Assembly: GCA_029560465.1 (NCBI GenBank)
Contig: JAKQKX010000020.1
Coordinates: 51,434 to 115,433 of the forward strand
Length of the DNA stretch: 64,000 nt
Source of the DNA: Candidatus Omnitrophota bacterium
GTDB lineage: Bacteria; Omnitrophota; Gorgyraeia; Zapsychrales; JANLHA01
Direction: 5' to 3'
Positions 39,259 to 49,910 of the stretch are shown in pieces (the stretch's first letter is position 1; each line of letters opens with the position of its first letter). Both the position numbers and the translations under genes were made by a program. Under the pieces are notes generated by a model that saw nothing but the letters and a program-made list of their open reading frames with translations, was not told the origin of the DNA and did no database searches.

Positions 39259-39726
39259 ATGCTATTAGAAGAAAAAGCCGCGGCCCAGTTATTATCCCGC
39301 AACGAAACTCTGGCGCTCGCCGAATCATGCACCGGCGGATTACTGGGGCATCGGCTGACCAATGTCCCGGGGAGTTCTAAATTTCTAACCGCTGACCTTG
39401 TGTGTTATAGTCAGGACGCCAAAGAAAATCTTCTGAAAATTCCAGAGCAAACACTGAGTTCTTTCGGCGCGGTTTCTGAACCCGTGGCAGAATTGATGGC
39501 CAAAAACGTACGCGCGCTCTTTAAAGCCCATTACGGCATTGGTATTACCGGCATTGCCGGCCCATCCGGAGGCACCAAGGCCAAACCTGTCGGGTTAACT
39601 TTTATCGCCATTGCCACAGAATCCGAAGCGCTCTGCCTCAAATGCCAGTTCCCCGGAGACCGGGCCCAAATCAAGAAAGCCGCCACAACCACGGCTTTAA
39701 ACTTGCTGCTGGAATTCATGAGCTGA
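39259..39726 (+). CDS. pncC: CinA C-terminal domain protein / nicotinamide-nucleotide amidohydrolase PncC-like
   Basis: LALAESCTGGLLGHRLTNVPGSS is the CinA_C signature. No N-terminal MoCF domain is present. Confidence 0.8.
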   Translation: MLLEEKAAAQLLSRNETLALAESCTGGLLGHRLTNVPGSSKFLTADLVCYSQDAKENLLKIPEQTLSSFGAVSEPVAELMAKNVRALFKAHYGIGITGIAGPSGGTKAKPVGLTFIAIATESEALCLKCQFPGDRAQIKKAATTTALNLLLEFMS

Positions 39727-39765
39727 GAACCGCCTGACCGAAACACCTTTCACGCCTCAACGCCT

Positions 39766-40335
39766 ATGTCCGACACAATCCGATCTTTTATCGCCATAGA
39801 ATTAAACAAAACACTTCAGGAAGGCCTTCATCAAATCCAAAGGCATCTGCAAACCTGCCATCCGGACGTGAAGTGGGTGGAACCTACCAATATTCATCTG
39901 ACCCTGAAATTTCTCGGTGACGTGCCTCTCTTGACAATTCAAACCATTGTTGAACAGCTCCCCTCTTGGGTGACCGGGATCTGCCCGTTTCAAATTGCCC
40001 TTAACATGGTCGGGGCGTTCCCCCGCATCAAGCAACCCCGCGTCATCTGGGCGGGGGTTCCGGAGAGTCATGCCCAACCCATAGGACAACTGGCCGATGC
40101 CATTGAAAAAGGAGTCCAAATTCTCGGATTTGAAAAAGAGAGAAAAGCTTTTATCGCCCATGTCACCATCGGGCGAGTCCGGTCGGAAAAAAACATCAAA
40201 GCCCTGGCCGAAATGCTGGCTCAATGCGAAATCCCCCATATCCCATCACAGACGGTTCGATCCGTTTCTCTGTTCAGAAGCACCCTCACCCCTCAAGGCC
40301 CGATCTATGAAATGCTTTCCAAAGTCATGCTGTGA
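39766..40335 (+). CDS. thpR: RNA 2',3'-cyclic phosphodiesterase (2H family, ThpR/LigT)
   Basis: Two H-x-T-x motifs: HLTLKFLG and HVTIGR. Confidence 0.85.
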   Translation: MSDTIRSFIAIELNKTLQEGLHQIQRHLQTCHPDVKWVEPTNIHLTLKFLGDVPLLTIQTIVEQLPSWVTGICPFQIALNMVGAFPRIKQPRVIWAGVPESHAQPIGQLADAIEKGVQILGFEKERKAFIAHVTIGRVRSEKNIKALAEMLAQCEIPHIPSQTVRSVSLFRSTLTPQGPIYEMLSKVML

Positions 40336-40391
40336 AACGTTAGTCTGTAACGCGTCCGGCTGAACCACTCTTCCTTTTATTGTATATTAGA

Positions 40392-40853
40392 TTAGATTCC
40401 CGCCAGACGAATAGCGATCTGCATGACAAGGTTCGTATAGATGCCCGCGATGATGTCATCCATCATGATCCCTGTCCCGCCTTTACAGATTTCAAACTTG
40501 TTGGCCGGATAAATTTTGAACATATCAAACGCCCTGAAGAGGAAAAAAGCGGTCCACAGGACCTTCGGGACCGGGGGAAGGAGAAAAAAAGAAATCAACA
40601 CGCCGGACACCTCATCGATGACAATGCACCCCGGATCTTTACGGCCCACCATCTTCTCCATGGCCCCGCCGGAAAAAAAACCCCAGGCAGTCAGGGCCGA
40701 GAAACCAGCAAGATACAGGCCCACATGCCCTCGCAGGATCCAGTAAAGGAAAACCGCCGCCGCGCTAGCGAATGTTCCCGGAGCTCCCGGGAAATACCCG
40801 CAATAAAAAAAGGTCGCGCCTATTTTGTGAAACCATTCAACGTGTTTTCTCAT
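40392..40853 (-). CDS. pgpA: Phosphatidylglycerophosphatase A
   Basis: GYFPGAPGTFASAAAV is the PgpA signature. Length is 153 aa. Confidence 0.85.
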   Translation of the reverse strand: MRKHVEWFHKIGATFFYCGYFPGAPGTFASAAAVFLYWILRGHVGLYLAGFSALTAWGFFSGGAMEKMVGRKDPGCIVIDEVSGVLISFFLLPPVPKVLWTAFFLFRAFDMFKIYPANKFEICKGGTGIMMDDIIAGIYTNLVMQIAIRLAGI

Positions 40854-40873
40854 GGGACAAGAAACCCGGGAGG

Positions 40874-41461
40874 TTAAGTGTTCATGAAACTTATACGATT
40901 ATTGAAAAGGTAAATAACCCCGGAATAGACGGTGGCGATCACCGTCATAATCAAAAGCACATCAATACTGGCTTGCCAAAACTGGAAAAAAAACGGGCTC
41001 CCAAACGCCTCTCGGGGTTGGAACACGTGGAGGTCCTGCAGGACCAAGGACAAAAGGATGACCCAGATTGAAGACATCTGTAAGACTGTCTTAATTTTCC
41101 CAGCCCGCTCGGCCGCCAGAACTCTTCCCAAAAGCATCGCCGTGAGCCGAAAGCCTGTTAACAGGATTTCCCTTAATGCGATAAGATAAAAAATCCAACT
41201 TGCCACAATATGCATGCGCATAAAAATATAAAACGCTGATAGGATCAGGAATTTATCCGCGATAGGGTCCATAATTTTTCCGAAATTACTCACCTGGTTG
41301 CGTTTCTTGGCAAAATAGCCGTCGTAATAATCCGTGACAGACGCTAAGACAAAAAAACATCCCGCCAGGCAGACGGAAAGGATATCCCCTTGTTTGATAA
41401 AAAAAATGAATCCCAGGGTTAAAAAAATTCGCGATACTGTCAACACATTAGGCACGTTCAT
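40874..41461 (-). CDS. pgsA: CDP-diacylglycerol--glycerol-3-phosphate 3-phosphatidyltransferase
   Basis: CDP-alcohol phosphatidyltransferase motif DYYDGYFAKK...GKIMDPIADK. Confidence 0.9.
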   Translation of the reverse strand: MNVPNVLTVSRIFLTLGFIFFIKQGDILSVCLAGCFFVLASVTDYYDGYFAKKRNQVSNFGKIMDPIADKFLILSAFYIFMRMHIVASWIFYLIALREILLTGFRLTAMLLGRVLAAERAGKIKTVLQMSSIWVILLSLVLQDLHVFQPREAFGSPFFFQFWQASIDVLLIMTVIATVYSGVIYLFNNRISFMNT

Positions 41462-42813
41462 ACAAGTTCTCCCACCAGGTCATATTCCAAAGCGTCCGTG
41501 ATCATGACCCGGATAAAAGTCCCGGGCTGGATGTCTTTGTCGGAACGCACAAAAACCGAGCCATCCACTTCCGGGGCATCATATTCTGTGCGGGCAATAT
41601 ACATATTTTCTCCCGGTTTTGGTTTTTCGTCAACCAAAACCCTAAAAATTGCGCCCACCATCTTCTGTAAAGCCACCTTGGATATCTCCTGCTGATGGCG
41701 CATCAGGATATCATAGCGCCGGCGCTTGACAGAGTTCGGGACAGGATCCTGGAAACGGAACGCCGGGGTCCCCTCTTCCGGGGAAAACACAAAAGCCCCG
41801 GCCCTGTCAAAACAGGCTTCTTCTAAGAAAGCCAGCAACTCCTGGAAGGCTTCTTCCGTTTCCCCAGGGAATCCGACAATAAAACTCGAACGCAAGCGCA
41901 CCTCGGGAATACGGCTCCTTATTTTTGCCAATAAAGCTCTCGTTTCGTCGGCGGAAATCTGCCGGTTCATCTTCTTTAAAACACGGTCATTGATATGTTG
42001 CAGCGGGATATCGATATATTTGCATATCTTCCTCTCTTCCGCCACCGTGCTGATCAAATCATCCGTCACGTGCGCCGGATACGTATATAGCAACCGGATC
42101 CACTCAATATTCCGGGTCACCCGGCAAATCTCCCTTAATAAAGCCGGGAGCTCTTTCCCGGCGTAGATATCCATCCCGTAAGCCGTAATGTCCTGTCCGA
42201 TAAGATTCAATTCCTTGACTCCACGCTGATCAAGACGGAGCACTTCTTCTAAAACCGCCTCCCGGCTCCTTGATTGAAAACGTCCTTTGATAAGGGGGAT
42301 CGCGCAGAAGCTGCAATGATTATAACAGCTTTCACAAATCTTGAGATACGCAAAATGATCCGGAGTTAAATGCACTTGTTCCGGAATGGTCCCGGTCTCA
42401 AACGGATTGATCCCGGCCATACCGTCAATTTCCTGAAACTCGGCCAACAATTCCTTGCCGTAGCGCTGAGACAAACACCCGATAACAAACAACTTCCTGA
42501 TTTTGCCCTGGCGCTTCAGTTCAACAAGGTCCAGGATCATATCAAGGGATTCCTGCTTGGCCTCTTCAATAAACCCGCAGGTGTTGAGGATAACGGTAGA
42601 CGCCCGGTTTGGATCCACGATGCGGCACCCCGCCCGCCTTAAACGCCCGAGGATTTCCTGGGCATCAACCAAATTCCGCGCACACCCCAAGTTGATAAGG
42701 CCGACTTCCTCCCCTGGATTAAAATACCGGGAAGGCAGGCCCGAATCCTTTTGAAAAGGCTGCCTTTCTCGCTCAGATGTCATTATCTTGACCCCTGGAA
42801 TCCGTTCACTCAA
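41458..42813 (-). CDS. rimO: Ribosomal protein S12 methylthiotransferase (MiaB-family radical SAM)
   Basis: MTTase N-domain cysteines LINLGCARNLVDAQ; radical SAM CNHCSFCAIP; TRAM domain at the C-terminus. Confidence 0.9.
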   Translation of the reverse strand: MSERIPGVKIMTSERERQPFQKDSGLPSRYFNPGEEVGLINLGCARNLVDAQEILGRLRRAGCRIVDPNRASTVILNTCGFIEEAKQESLDMILDLVELKRQGKIRKLFVIGCLSQRYGKELLAEFQEIDGMAGINPFETGTIPEQVHLTPDHFAYLKICESCYNHCSFCAIPLIKGRFQSRSREAVLEEVLRLDQRGVKELNLIGQDITAYGMDIYAGKELPALLREICRVTRNIEWIRLLYTYPAHVTDDLISTVAEERKICKYIDIPLQHINDRVLKKMNRQISADETRALLAKIRSRIPEVRLRSSFIVGFPGETEEAFQELLAFLEEACFDRAGAFVFSPEEGTPAFRFQDPVPNSVKRRRYDILMRHQQEISKVALQKMVGAIFRVLVDEKPKPGENMYIARTEYDAPEVDGSVFVRSDKDIQPGTFIRVMITDALEYDLVGELV

Positions 42814-42878
42814 TTTTTATACGACAAGGGTTTTCAAATTCATTACGGGGATAAAAATCTGGATAGGCATCCGAAAGG

Positions 42879-43748
42879 CTACTGTTTCACCGAAAAACCG
42901 TCTTTGGTGATAACCACTCGCCGGGCAGACCGGTCCGAGCGGCCAAGCTCTCCCAGGACTTTCCCGTTCACTTCGTATTCAAGAGAATGGATATTCTTTC
43001 CCGAAAGTTCGATGGACTGCTCGGCCTGCCACGTTTCAGTCGCCCCACTGTTTAAAATCGACTGAAAAACCATGCTCCCGTCGACTTTAACCTGTAACCA
43101 CCCGCTCTTTTTCGCCTTCACCGTCAAACGGACTTCTTTAGGCTGCGGCGAGGATTTTTCTTCCTTAGGGGGAGTTTCCTTCTTGGGGGCCGCTGTCGGC
43201 GCGGGGGCCACGGTCTTTTTCTCTTCGGCTTTCTTCTCCTCCCCTGATAGCGTCTTTTTATCCGTGACTTCAGGGGCGATGGCGGGGACAGCGACGGAAG
43301 AAGCAGCCATTTTTTTCTGGCGGTGATCCCGGACGCAACCGACAATCCTCAAAATCAGGAAAACGGAAAGCAAGCCAACCAGGCCTTTCAGCAAAAGCTG
43401 CTGATTCTCCCTGGTAAGATACTTTTGAAAATCAAGGCGGATGAAAGGCTCCGGAGGCAAAGAAACCGGACGATCTTCCTTAACTCTTTCGGAAGCCTTT
43501 TCTGGCACCGGGGACGGCTCTAAAACCTGATTGATATCCACACCCAAATACTGCGCATACATCTTCATAAATCCCCTGATATAAAAAGGCGAAAGCGTCC
43601 GGATCGTGTACCCTTCTTCAATGGCTTTAAGAACATCCATCGGGATTTTCGTTGATTCATGAACCGTCGCCAACGGCAAGCCCTGGGCTTCCCTAGCCTC
43701 CTTGAAAATTTCCCCTCGCGGACGATTATGCTGTCTGGCGTCAGCCAT
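42879..43748 (-). CDS. rodZ: RodZ-like cytoskeleton protein (HTH_25 + TM + Pro/Lys-rich linker + DUF4115)
   Basis: N-terminal XRE-type HTH (GEIFKEAREAQGLPLATVHESTKIP), a central TM helix, and a PAPTAAPKKETPPKEE linker. Confidence 0.7.
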   Translation of the reverse strand: MADARQHNRPRGEIFKEAREAQGLPLATVHESTKIPMDVLKAIEEGYTIRTLSPFYIRGFMKMYAQYLGVDINQVLEPSPVPEKASERVKEDRPVSLPPEPFIRLDFQKYLTRENQQLLLKGLVGLLSVFLILRIVGCVRDHRQKKMAASSVAVPAIAPEVTDKKTLSGEEKKAEEKKTVAPAPTAAPKKETPPKEEKSSPQPKEVRLTVKAKKSGWLQVKVDGSMVFQSILNSGATETWQAEQSIELSGKNIHSLEYEVNGKVLGELGRSDRSARRVVITKDGFSVKQ

Positions 43749-45994
43749 TAGGCTTCACTCCCATTCTGGTTAAGGTGTTCCATGAGCCACTCCTCGCGGT
43801 CGACGAGGATGTCCCGGGGTTTGCTGCCGCAATACGGCCCGACAAGCCCATTTTGTTCCATCATATCAATAAGGCGGGCCGCACGGGTGTACCCAAGCCG
43901 CATGCGCCGCTGTAAAATCGAAACAGAAGCCTGGTTGGTTTCAATCACCAACCGGACAGCTTCATCATAAAGCTCATCCTTGTTCCCCTCGCCTGCCTCT
44001 CCCGAAGCTTTTTGGGACGTTAAAATCGTGTCGTCATAGGTCGGGCTCTGCTGTTCTTTGATAAAATTAATCACGCTATGCACTTCTTCATCCGCCACGA
44101 AACTGCATTGGCCGCGTGTCGGTTTGGCGTCTCCCGGCTTCATAAAAAGCATGTCGCCTTTTCCCAACAGCGTCTCGGCGCCATTCATATCCAGCACCGT
44201 GCGGGAATCGACTTTCGAAGCCACCTTAAAAGAAATCCTGGCCGGGAAATTCGCCTTAATCACGCCCGTAATAACATCGACGGAAGGCCTCTGGGTCGCG
44301 AGGATCAGATGGATGCCCACGGCCCGCGACAACTGAGCCAATCGGGTGATGGCGCTCTCCACGGTCTTGGCCGACACCTGCATTAAGTCCGCCAGCTCAT
44401 CGATAATAATGATGATGTACGGCAGACTCAATCCCCGGGCGTGGTAGGCCTTGATATTCCTCACCCCTGTCTTGGACAACAGCTGATAACGATTTTCCAT
44501 CTCCCCGACCACCCAATTCAACGCGGGGGAAACTTTTTTATGATCCGTCACCGCCGGGCATAACATATGCGGGATGTCATTATACTGTGTCAACTCTACC
44601 ATTTTCGGGTCGACCATAAGGAATTTCACCTCATCAGGGGTGGCGTTAAATAACACAGACATAATCAGGCTGTTGACACAAACGGTTTTCCCCGCGCCCG
44701 TGGTCCCGGCGATCAAAAGATGCGGCATATCTCCCAAATCTGCCACGATCGGGTGTCCAGAAATGTCTTTCCCGATCGCAAGCATTAGTTTCGATTTTGA
44801 CTTCTGAAAATTGCTGCCCTGCAAAACTTCTTTCAGAAAGACGGCCGCTGTCGAGCTGTTGGGCACCTCAATGCCCACACGGTTCTTCCCGGGGATAGGG
44901 GCCACGATGCGCACAGCCGCCGCCCGCATGGCTAAGGCAATATCATCTGATAACGTGGTAATCCGCTGAATCTTCACCCCCGGGGCGGGTTCCAGCTCAT
45001 AGCGGGTGATCACCGGCCCCCGCTCAATATCCGCCACCCTGGCGTTGACATTAAAATCACTTAAAGTGTTTTCCAATGTCCTGGCCCCCTCTTCCAAGTC
45101 GCTCTGCAGCCTTGTTGTCGAAACCTGCGGGGGGGAAGCTAAAAGATCCAGGCTAGGGATAATATATTCTCCAACAATTTTCGGCGGCTCCGGGGCTTCA
45201 GCGCCCTGCGGCTCTTTGGTTTTAGCAATACGTATCCGCGGCTTGGCCCGGCCAGACATCTCCTCGCAAAATTCAGGATCTTCCTGCGCTGCCTCGCATT
45301 CGTCCTCTTCCCCGTATCCTTCCTCCGGATCCCTGCGAGGGCTTTTCTTGGGTTTCTCGTTGAGTGATGGGTTGATTTTAAACCGTGGCTGGGGCGGCTT
45401 GGTAAGTTTCTGGGCCTTACGTTTTTCCAGCCATGCGTAGGCCCCGTCCCGGCAACAAAACAAAACAGAACGGCAGCCATCCATTAACTTAAAAAGTAAC
45501 GGTGACACAAGGAATTCTCCTGTCAGGACAAGCGTCATCGCTCCCAATGTCAGCAGAATAATATACGCGCCGGTCGGGCTTAAATACCGAACCAAATAGT
45601 CCGATGTAATAAAACCAATCATCCCCCCCCGTTCAAAACGAGCGACGCTCATTCCGTCTCCAGCCATAGACAAGAGGGCGCTTATAACGCAAAACAGGAC
45701 AAAAGCAATAAATACCTTCGAGAACGTGAAATCCAATTCCTGTTGAGAGAATTTATTCCAACTCCAAAAGAAAAGAAAGATTACCAGACAATAGGCGCTA
45801 TAGCCAAAGGCAAAAAAAAGCGCTCCGGCCGCATATGCGCCCACCACTCCGACAAGATTTTTAACTGGGATATACGGTTGGGAACTGTACCAAGGCAAAT
45901 CATCCGGGACAAATGAAATGAGGCTGGCCAAAAGAATTAACCCTATGGCAAGAACAATGATCCCCTGGATTTCATTGAAAAGGTCCTTCTTCAT
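43748..45994 (-). CDS. ftsK: DNA translocase FtsK/SpoIIIE
   Basis: N-terminal TM domain, acidic linker, Walker A LIAGTTGAGKTV, C-terminal gamma winged-helix. Confidence 0.9.
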   Translation of the reverse strand: MKKDLFNEIQGIIVLAIGLILLASLISFVPDDLPWYSSQPYIPVKNLVGVVGAYAAGALFFAFGYSAYCLVIFLFFWSWNKFSQQELDFTFSKVFIAFVLFCVISALLSMAGDGMSVARFERGGMIGFITSDYLVRYLSPTGAYIILLTLGAMTLVLTGEFLVSPLLFKLMDGCRSVLFCCRDGAYAWLEKRKAQKLTKPPQPRFKINPSLNEKPKKSPRRDPEEGYGEEDECEAAQEDPEFCEEMSGRAKPRIRIAKTKEPQGAEAPEPPKIVGEYIIPSLDLLASPPQVSTTRLQSDLEEGARTLENTLSDFNVNARVADIERGPVITRYELEPAPGVKIQRITTLSDDIALAMRAAAVRIVAPIPGKNRVGIEVPNSSTAAVFLKEVLQGSNFQKSKSKLMLAIGKDISGHPIVADLGDMPHLLIAGTTGAGKTVCVNSLIMSVLFNATPDEVKFLMVDPKMVELTQYNDIPHMLCPAVTDHKKVSPALNWVVGEMENRYQLLSKTGVRNIKAYHARGLSLPYIIIIIDELADLMQVSAKTVESAITRLAQLSRAVGIHLILATQRPSVDVITGVIKANFPARISFKVASKVDSRTVLDMNGAETLLGKGDMLFMKPGDAKPTRGQCSFVADEEVHSVINFIKEQQSPTYDDTILTSQKASGEAGEGNKDELYDEAVRLVIETNQASVSILQRRMRLGYTRAARLIDMMEQNGLVGPYCGSKPRDILVDREEWLMEHLNQNGSEA

Positions 45995-46164
45995 AAGGAA
46001 TCAATCATAACCGCAACAAGGTTTTCATTAAAAAATGAGGTATGGGTTCGTTCTGGGAGCGGCGCCCCGAAAGCACATCAGGGATACAGCGCTGAAACAT
46101 GTTGAAAAAACAATGGTAATGGAGAAACCGGGAACCAACTTCTATTTAAACAAGGAATCAAAAA

Positions 46165-46225
46165 TCATTTCGGGAGAAAACTCCAAAAGAATTGTTCGCT
46201 CTTTCTTTATTCTCTCCCGAAATAT
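46165..46225 (-). terminator. Long hairpin (TTTCGGGAGA ... TCTCCCGAAA) followed by a T-rich tract downstream of pnp
   Basis: Read on the minus strand 3' of the pnp stop at 46262. Confidence 0.45.
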
Positions 46226-46261
46226 TAAAATTGCAAATTATTTCTAATATTTATAACGATT

Positions 46262-48373
46262 TTATTCTTCTGCTTCCGCCTGCTTCTTACTCAGGTTCAT
46301 CCGTTTCAGCTTATCGATTTCGACCAGCTTCACTTTAAAGCGATCCCCTTCGTGCACGACCCCCGTGCAATCTTTCACATAGCTGTTGGACAATTCTGAG
46401 ACATGCACCAAACCCTCTTTCCCGGGTAAAAATTCAACAAAGGCGCCGAAATTCATAACACGTTTCACGGTTCCCATGTAAATTTTCCCGATTTCGGGTT
46501 CTTCGACCAAACCCTTCACGATTTCCAGGGCCTTTTCCGCGGCGGCACGGTCGGTCGAGGCAATAAGCACCTTGCCGTCATCTTCAATATCAATAGAGGT
46601 AACACCCGAATCCTCCATGATTTTTTTGATAACCTTCCCGCCCGGGCCGATCACTTCCCCTATCTTATCCGTCGGAATTTGACAAAACAAAATCCTCGGG
46701 GCGTACTCGGACAGCTCTTCCCGCGGCGCGGCGATAGCGGCGTGCATTTTGTCAAGGATGAGCAAACGCGCTTCCCGCGCTTGCTCAAGGGCTTTTGAAA
46801 GAAGATCCAAGCTGACGTTCTTTATTTTTAAATCCAACTGAATAGCGGTGACACCCTTGCGGGTTCCCGCCACTTTAAAATCCATGTCCCCGAAATGATC
46901 TTCCAACCCCATAATATCGGTTAAAAGGATCGCTTTATCGCCATGGGTAATCAAACCAACAGAAATCCCGGCCACGGTATCCTTGATCGGGACCCCAGCA
47001 TCCATCAGGGACAAACACCCGGCACAGACCGAGGCCATACTGGAAGACCCGTTGGATTCCAGGATTTCAGAAACAACCCGTATTGTATACGGAAAATCCT
47101 CTTTGGAAGGGAGCACTGGGACAAGAGCTCTGGCAGACAGGGCTCCATGCCCGATCTCTCGGCGCCCGGGCCCCCGCATCGGCTTGGTTTCTCCAACGCT
47201 GAAAGACGGAAAATTGTAATGCAGCATAAAATTCTTATAAGTGGTTTCTTCCAAAGATTCAATCAACTGTTCATCCCGTTTCGTCCCTAAGGTGACGATG
47301 GCGAGGCTTTGCGTCTGCCCCCGGGTAAACAAACTGGCTCCGTGCGTACGCGGCAAAACATTCACCTCGCAGGATATAGGGCGTATTTCTTTTAATCCCC
47401 GGCCGTCAGCGCGGCGGCCTTCCTCAATAATAAGGCGGCGCACTTCTTCATATTCAATCTGGTCAAAAATCCGGCGAATCAGGGACTCTGAAATATCATC
47501 ATCCGCATTCTGTTTAAACGCCTCAAAGACTGACATGTCCTGCACCAATCCTTCAAACAATTCATGCAAGGCGTCTTCTCGTTCAGATTTCTCGCTGATC
47601 TTATAGACCCCCGCCAAGCGGCCTTTACACAGCTCTCTGATCTTATCAATCAGGGCAGGATTGGGTAAGCGGACATCCACTTCCATTTTGGGTTTTCCCA
47701 CTTGTTTTCGCAACTCATTTTGTATCGTCGCGATAGGGATCAGTGCCTCATAACCGAATTTCAAAGCATTGAGAATTTTCTCTTCCGGGACAAACTTCGC
47801 GTCCCCCTCAATCATGGTGATCCCTTTCTCGTGGCCAGCTAAAATAAAATCCAACTCGCATTCATCTCTCTGCTGATATGTGGGGTTTAAAACAAATTCC
47901 CCATTAACACAGCCAACCCGCACTGCCCCTAAAGAAACCTCAAAAGGGATATCAGACACCAGAAGGGCAGCGGAAGCTCCCACTAAAGCCAAAATATCCG
48001 GGTCATACTCTCCATCGCTACTCAAAACGGAAGCGACAATCTGAACATCATGGTATAATCCCTCCGGGAACAACGGCCGGATCGGCCGGTCAATCACCCT
48101 GGCGGTCAAAATCTCTTTTTCCGTAGGCCGGCCTTCTCTTTTGAAAAAGCCTCCCGGAATCCGGCCGGCAGAATACGTCTTTTCCTGATATTCCACCATA
48201 AGCGGGAAGAAATCCACCCCTTCTTTAGGTTTTTTCGCCATACAAGCAGTCACTAAAACAACATTACCCCCATAGGTGACAGTGACCGCTCCGTTAGCTT
48301 GCTTAGCGAGCCGGCCACTTTCAATAATTAGATTCTGGGCACCGAAAGGGATTTCAATTCGTCCTAACGTCAT
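46262..48373 (-). CDS. pnp: Polyribonucleotide nucleotidyltransferase (PNPase)
   Basis: 703 aa with two RNase PH domains plus KH and S1 domains. Sits in the conserved rpsO-pnp arrangement. Confidence 0.95.
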   Translation of the reverse strand: MTLGRIEIPFGAQNLIIESGRLAKQANGAVTVTYGGNVVLVTACMAKKPKEGVDFFPLMVEYQEKTYSAGRIPGGFFKREGRPTEKEILTARVIDRPIRPLFPEGLYHDVQIVASVLSSDGEYDPDILALVGASAALLVSDIPFEVSLGAVRVGCVNGEFVLNPTYQQRDECELDFILAGHEKGITMIEGDAKFVPEEKILNALKFGYEALIPIATIQNELRKQVGKPKMEVDVRLPNPALIDKIRELCKGRLAGVYKISEKSEREDALHELFEGLVQDMSVFEAFKQNADDDISESLIRRIFDQIEYEEVRRLIIEEGRRADGRGLKEIRPISCEVNVLPRTHGASLFTRGQTQSLAIVTLGTKRDEQLIESLEETTYKNFMLHYNFPSFSVGETKPMRGPGRREIGHGALSARALVPVLPSKEDFPYTIRVVSEILESNGSSSMASVCAGCLSLMDAGVPIKDTVAGISVGLITHGDKAILLTDIMGLEDHFGDMDFKVAGTRKGVTAIQLDLKIKNVSLDLLSKALEQAREARLLILDKMHAAIAAPREELSEYAPRILFCQIPTDKIGEVIGPGGKVIKKIMEDSGVTSIDIEDDGKVLIASTDRAAAEKALEIVKGLVEEPEIGKIYMGTVKRVMNFGAFVEFLPGKEGLVHVSELSNSYVKDCTGVVHEGDRFKVKLVEIDKLKRMNLSKKQAEAEE

Positions 48374-48382
48374 GAATTAACC

Positions 48383-48652
48383 TCATTTACGTAAATCAAG
48401 TTTTTTAATAGTTTCTTCGTATCTCTGGGGATTCTTACTTTTCAGGTAGGATAAAAGACGCCGCCTTTTACCAATCATCATAAGCAACCCGCGCCGGGAA
48501 TGGAAATCCTTGCGATGGACCTTTAAATGTTCCGAGAGATAATTAATTTTTTCAGTCAACAAAGCCACCTGAACCTCTGCCGATCCAGTATCCTTGGCAT
48601 GAATTCTGAAATTATCGATCACTTCACTTTTTCTTTCCTTAAGTAACACCAA
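48383..48652 (-). CDS. rpsO: 30S ribosomal protein S15
   Basis: 89 aa; [37 protein letters not shown]. Confidence 0.95.
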   Translation of the reverse strand: MVLLKERKSEVIDNFRIHAKDTGSAEVQVALLTEKINYLSEHLKVHRKDFHSRRGLLMMIGKRRRLLSYLKSKNPQRYEETIKKLDLRK

Positions 48653-48778
48653 TTTTCCTTCTCCTCCTTAAATAGTTAATATTTTTAATACTTATAAACG
48701 TGGGACATTATACACTCTACCCTAAAAATAGTCAAGCTTCATAAATCCCGGCCAGGGCCAGGGATTCCCGTTGAGAAA

Positions 48779-49156
48779 TCATACCTGCTCTTCGCCCGGG
48801 GGAGTCACTTTAGAACGCGCGGGGCTGCGGGCCAACCTTTTTTTTCTCGGCTTCAGATTCTGTCGCAATTGTCCCAAATCTTTTTCCAATTTATGATACT
48901 CCACAACCAGTTTCTTCATCTTCGGAGAATGAGGCCCCGGGAAATTAGCCTTGGCATATTCTTTTCCTAGCAGATGAAACAAGTGTTCCTGTTTTAACCT
49001 CAGCGCCGCTGAATCAACATGGACCTTCCCAACCTTGGAAAATTTAACAATTTCCGCCTCACCGCGCTTGGCTATCTTTAACGCCTCTTGACTGACTCTC
49101 TTTAATTCCTTCTTAATCTTAGGCCACTCTTGCTTAAAATCATATCTGTCTTCCAT
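48779..49156 (-). CDS. Hypothetical basic coiled-coil protein
   Basis: 125-aa lysine-rich ORF upstream of rpsO. No motif recognised. Confidence 0.35.
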   Translation of the reverse strand: MEDRYDFKQEWPKIKKELKRVSQEALKIAKRGEAEIVKFSKVGKVHVDSAALRLKQEHLFHLLGKEYAKANFPGPHSPKMKKLVVEYHKLEKDLGQLRQNLKPRKKRLARSPARSKVTPPGEEQV

Positions 49157-49307
49157 CCCGAATCCCTCCTTTTATGCAAGTCTGACATTGACTTCGTGTT
49201 ACATAATTGGGAGAATGAACGTATTCAATGTGACACATTTTACATTAAATATCAAGAACAATTATCTTCCTATTGAAGATTTTCATTTTTTTAGCTATAC
49301 TAAAGCC

Positions 49308-49535
49308 ATGAAAGGTTTTATTTTTGCATTAGTCGGATTAGCTTGGATGTTAGCCCTCTATTTCGGATGGATGTTCTTTGTCGGCCGAACTTATTCCGGC
49401 AACCCGGAAATCGACTCCTCCGAAACATTGAAACAAAAACAATACACCACGCGTCAGGCTGAAGAGATCAAAAAGAAGCAACGCCTCCTGCTGCAAGAAC
49501 GCGAACAACGCATGAAGGATCTCCAGCGCCGGTAA
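49308..49535 (+). CDS. Hypothetical small membrane protein
   Basis: MKGFIFALVGLAWMLALYFGWMFFVG TM helix followed by a charged tail. Confidence 0.3.
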   Translation: MKGFIFALVGLAWMLALYFGWMFFVGRTYSGNPEIDSSETLKQKQYTTRQAEEIKKKQRLLLQEREQRMKDLQRR

Positions 49536-49550
49536 CCTCGGCTAATATTC

Positions 49551-49823
49551 ATGAGCCACCCAAACACAAAACAGGGCGGGGTTTTAAATACCAAGATTTT
49601 CTTTGCCCTAGTTTTTCTGACCTGCCTGAGCGGATGCGCCAACCCATCTCCCTCTTCATCGGCAGAAAGCCCAACGGCTGGATCCGCTCTCGAGAATCTA
49701 TTCGCCGGATCGGGGGAGATGGAAGAAACCCAAGATAAGAGAAAATTGCAGCAGGAAAAAATGATCCAACAACAAAAAGAACTGCAAAAAAAACGCCTCG
49801 ACTCTTACGACCCTCCCCGTTAA
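49551..49823 (+). CDS. Small putative lipoprotein
   Basis: Signal peptide with an LSGC lipobox (IFFALVFLTCLSGCANPS). Confidence 0.4.
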   Translation: MSHPNTKQGGVLNTKIFFALVFLTCLSGCANPSPSSSAESPTAGSALENLFAGSGEMEETQDKRKLQQEKMIQQQKELQKKRLDSYDPPR

Positions 49824-49910
49824 GCTTTTTTCCCTCGTTCAACTTTCCAGGAACCTTTTTCCTTAAGAAATTTAATGCACCGCGGAGATATTAAAACATG
49901 GCTTTTTTTA

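Noticed and set aside
39174-39362. 62-aa minus-strand ORF overlapping the cinA-C start
   Set aside because: It is antisense to a well-supported gene and its promoter. It is probably spurious.
46035-46247. 70-aa plus-strand ORF between ftsK and pnp
   Set aside because: It overlaps the long pnp terminator hairpin and the ftsK promoter region and has no coding signal. It is more likely intergenic.
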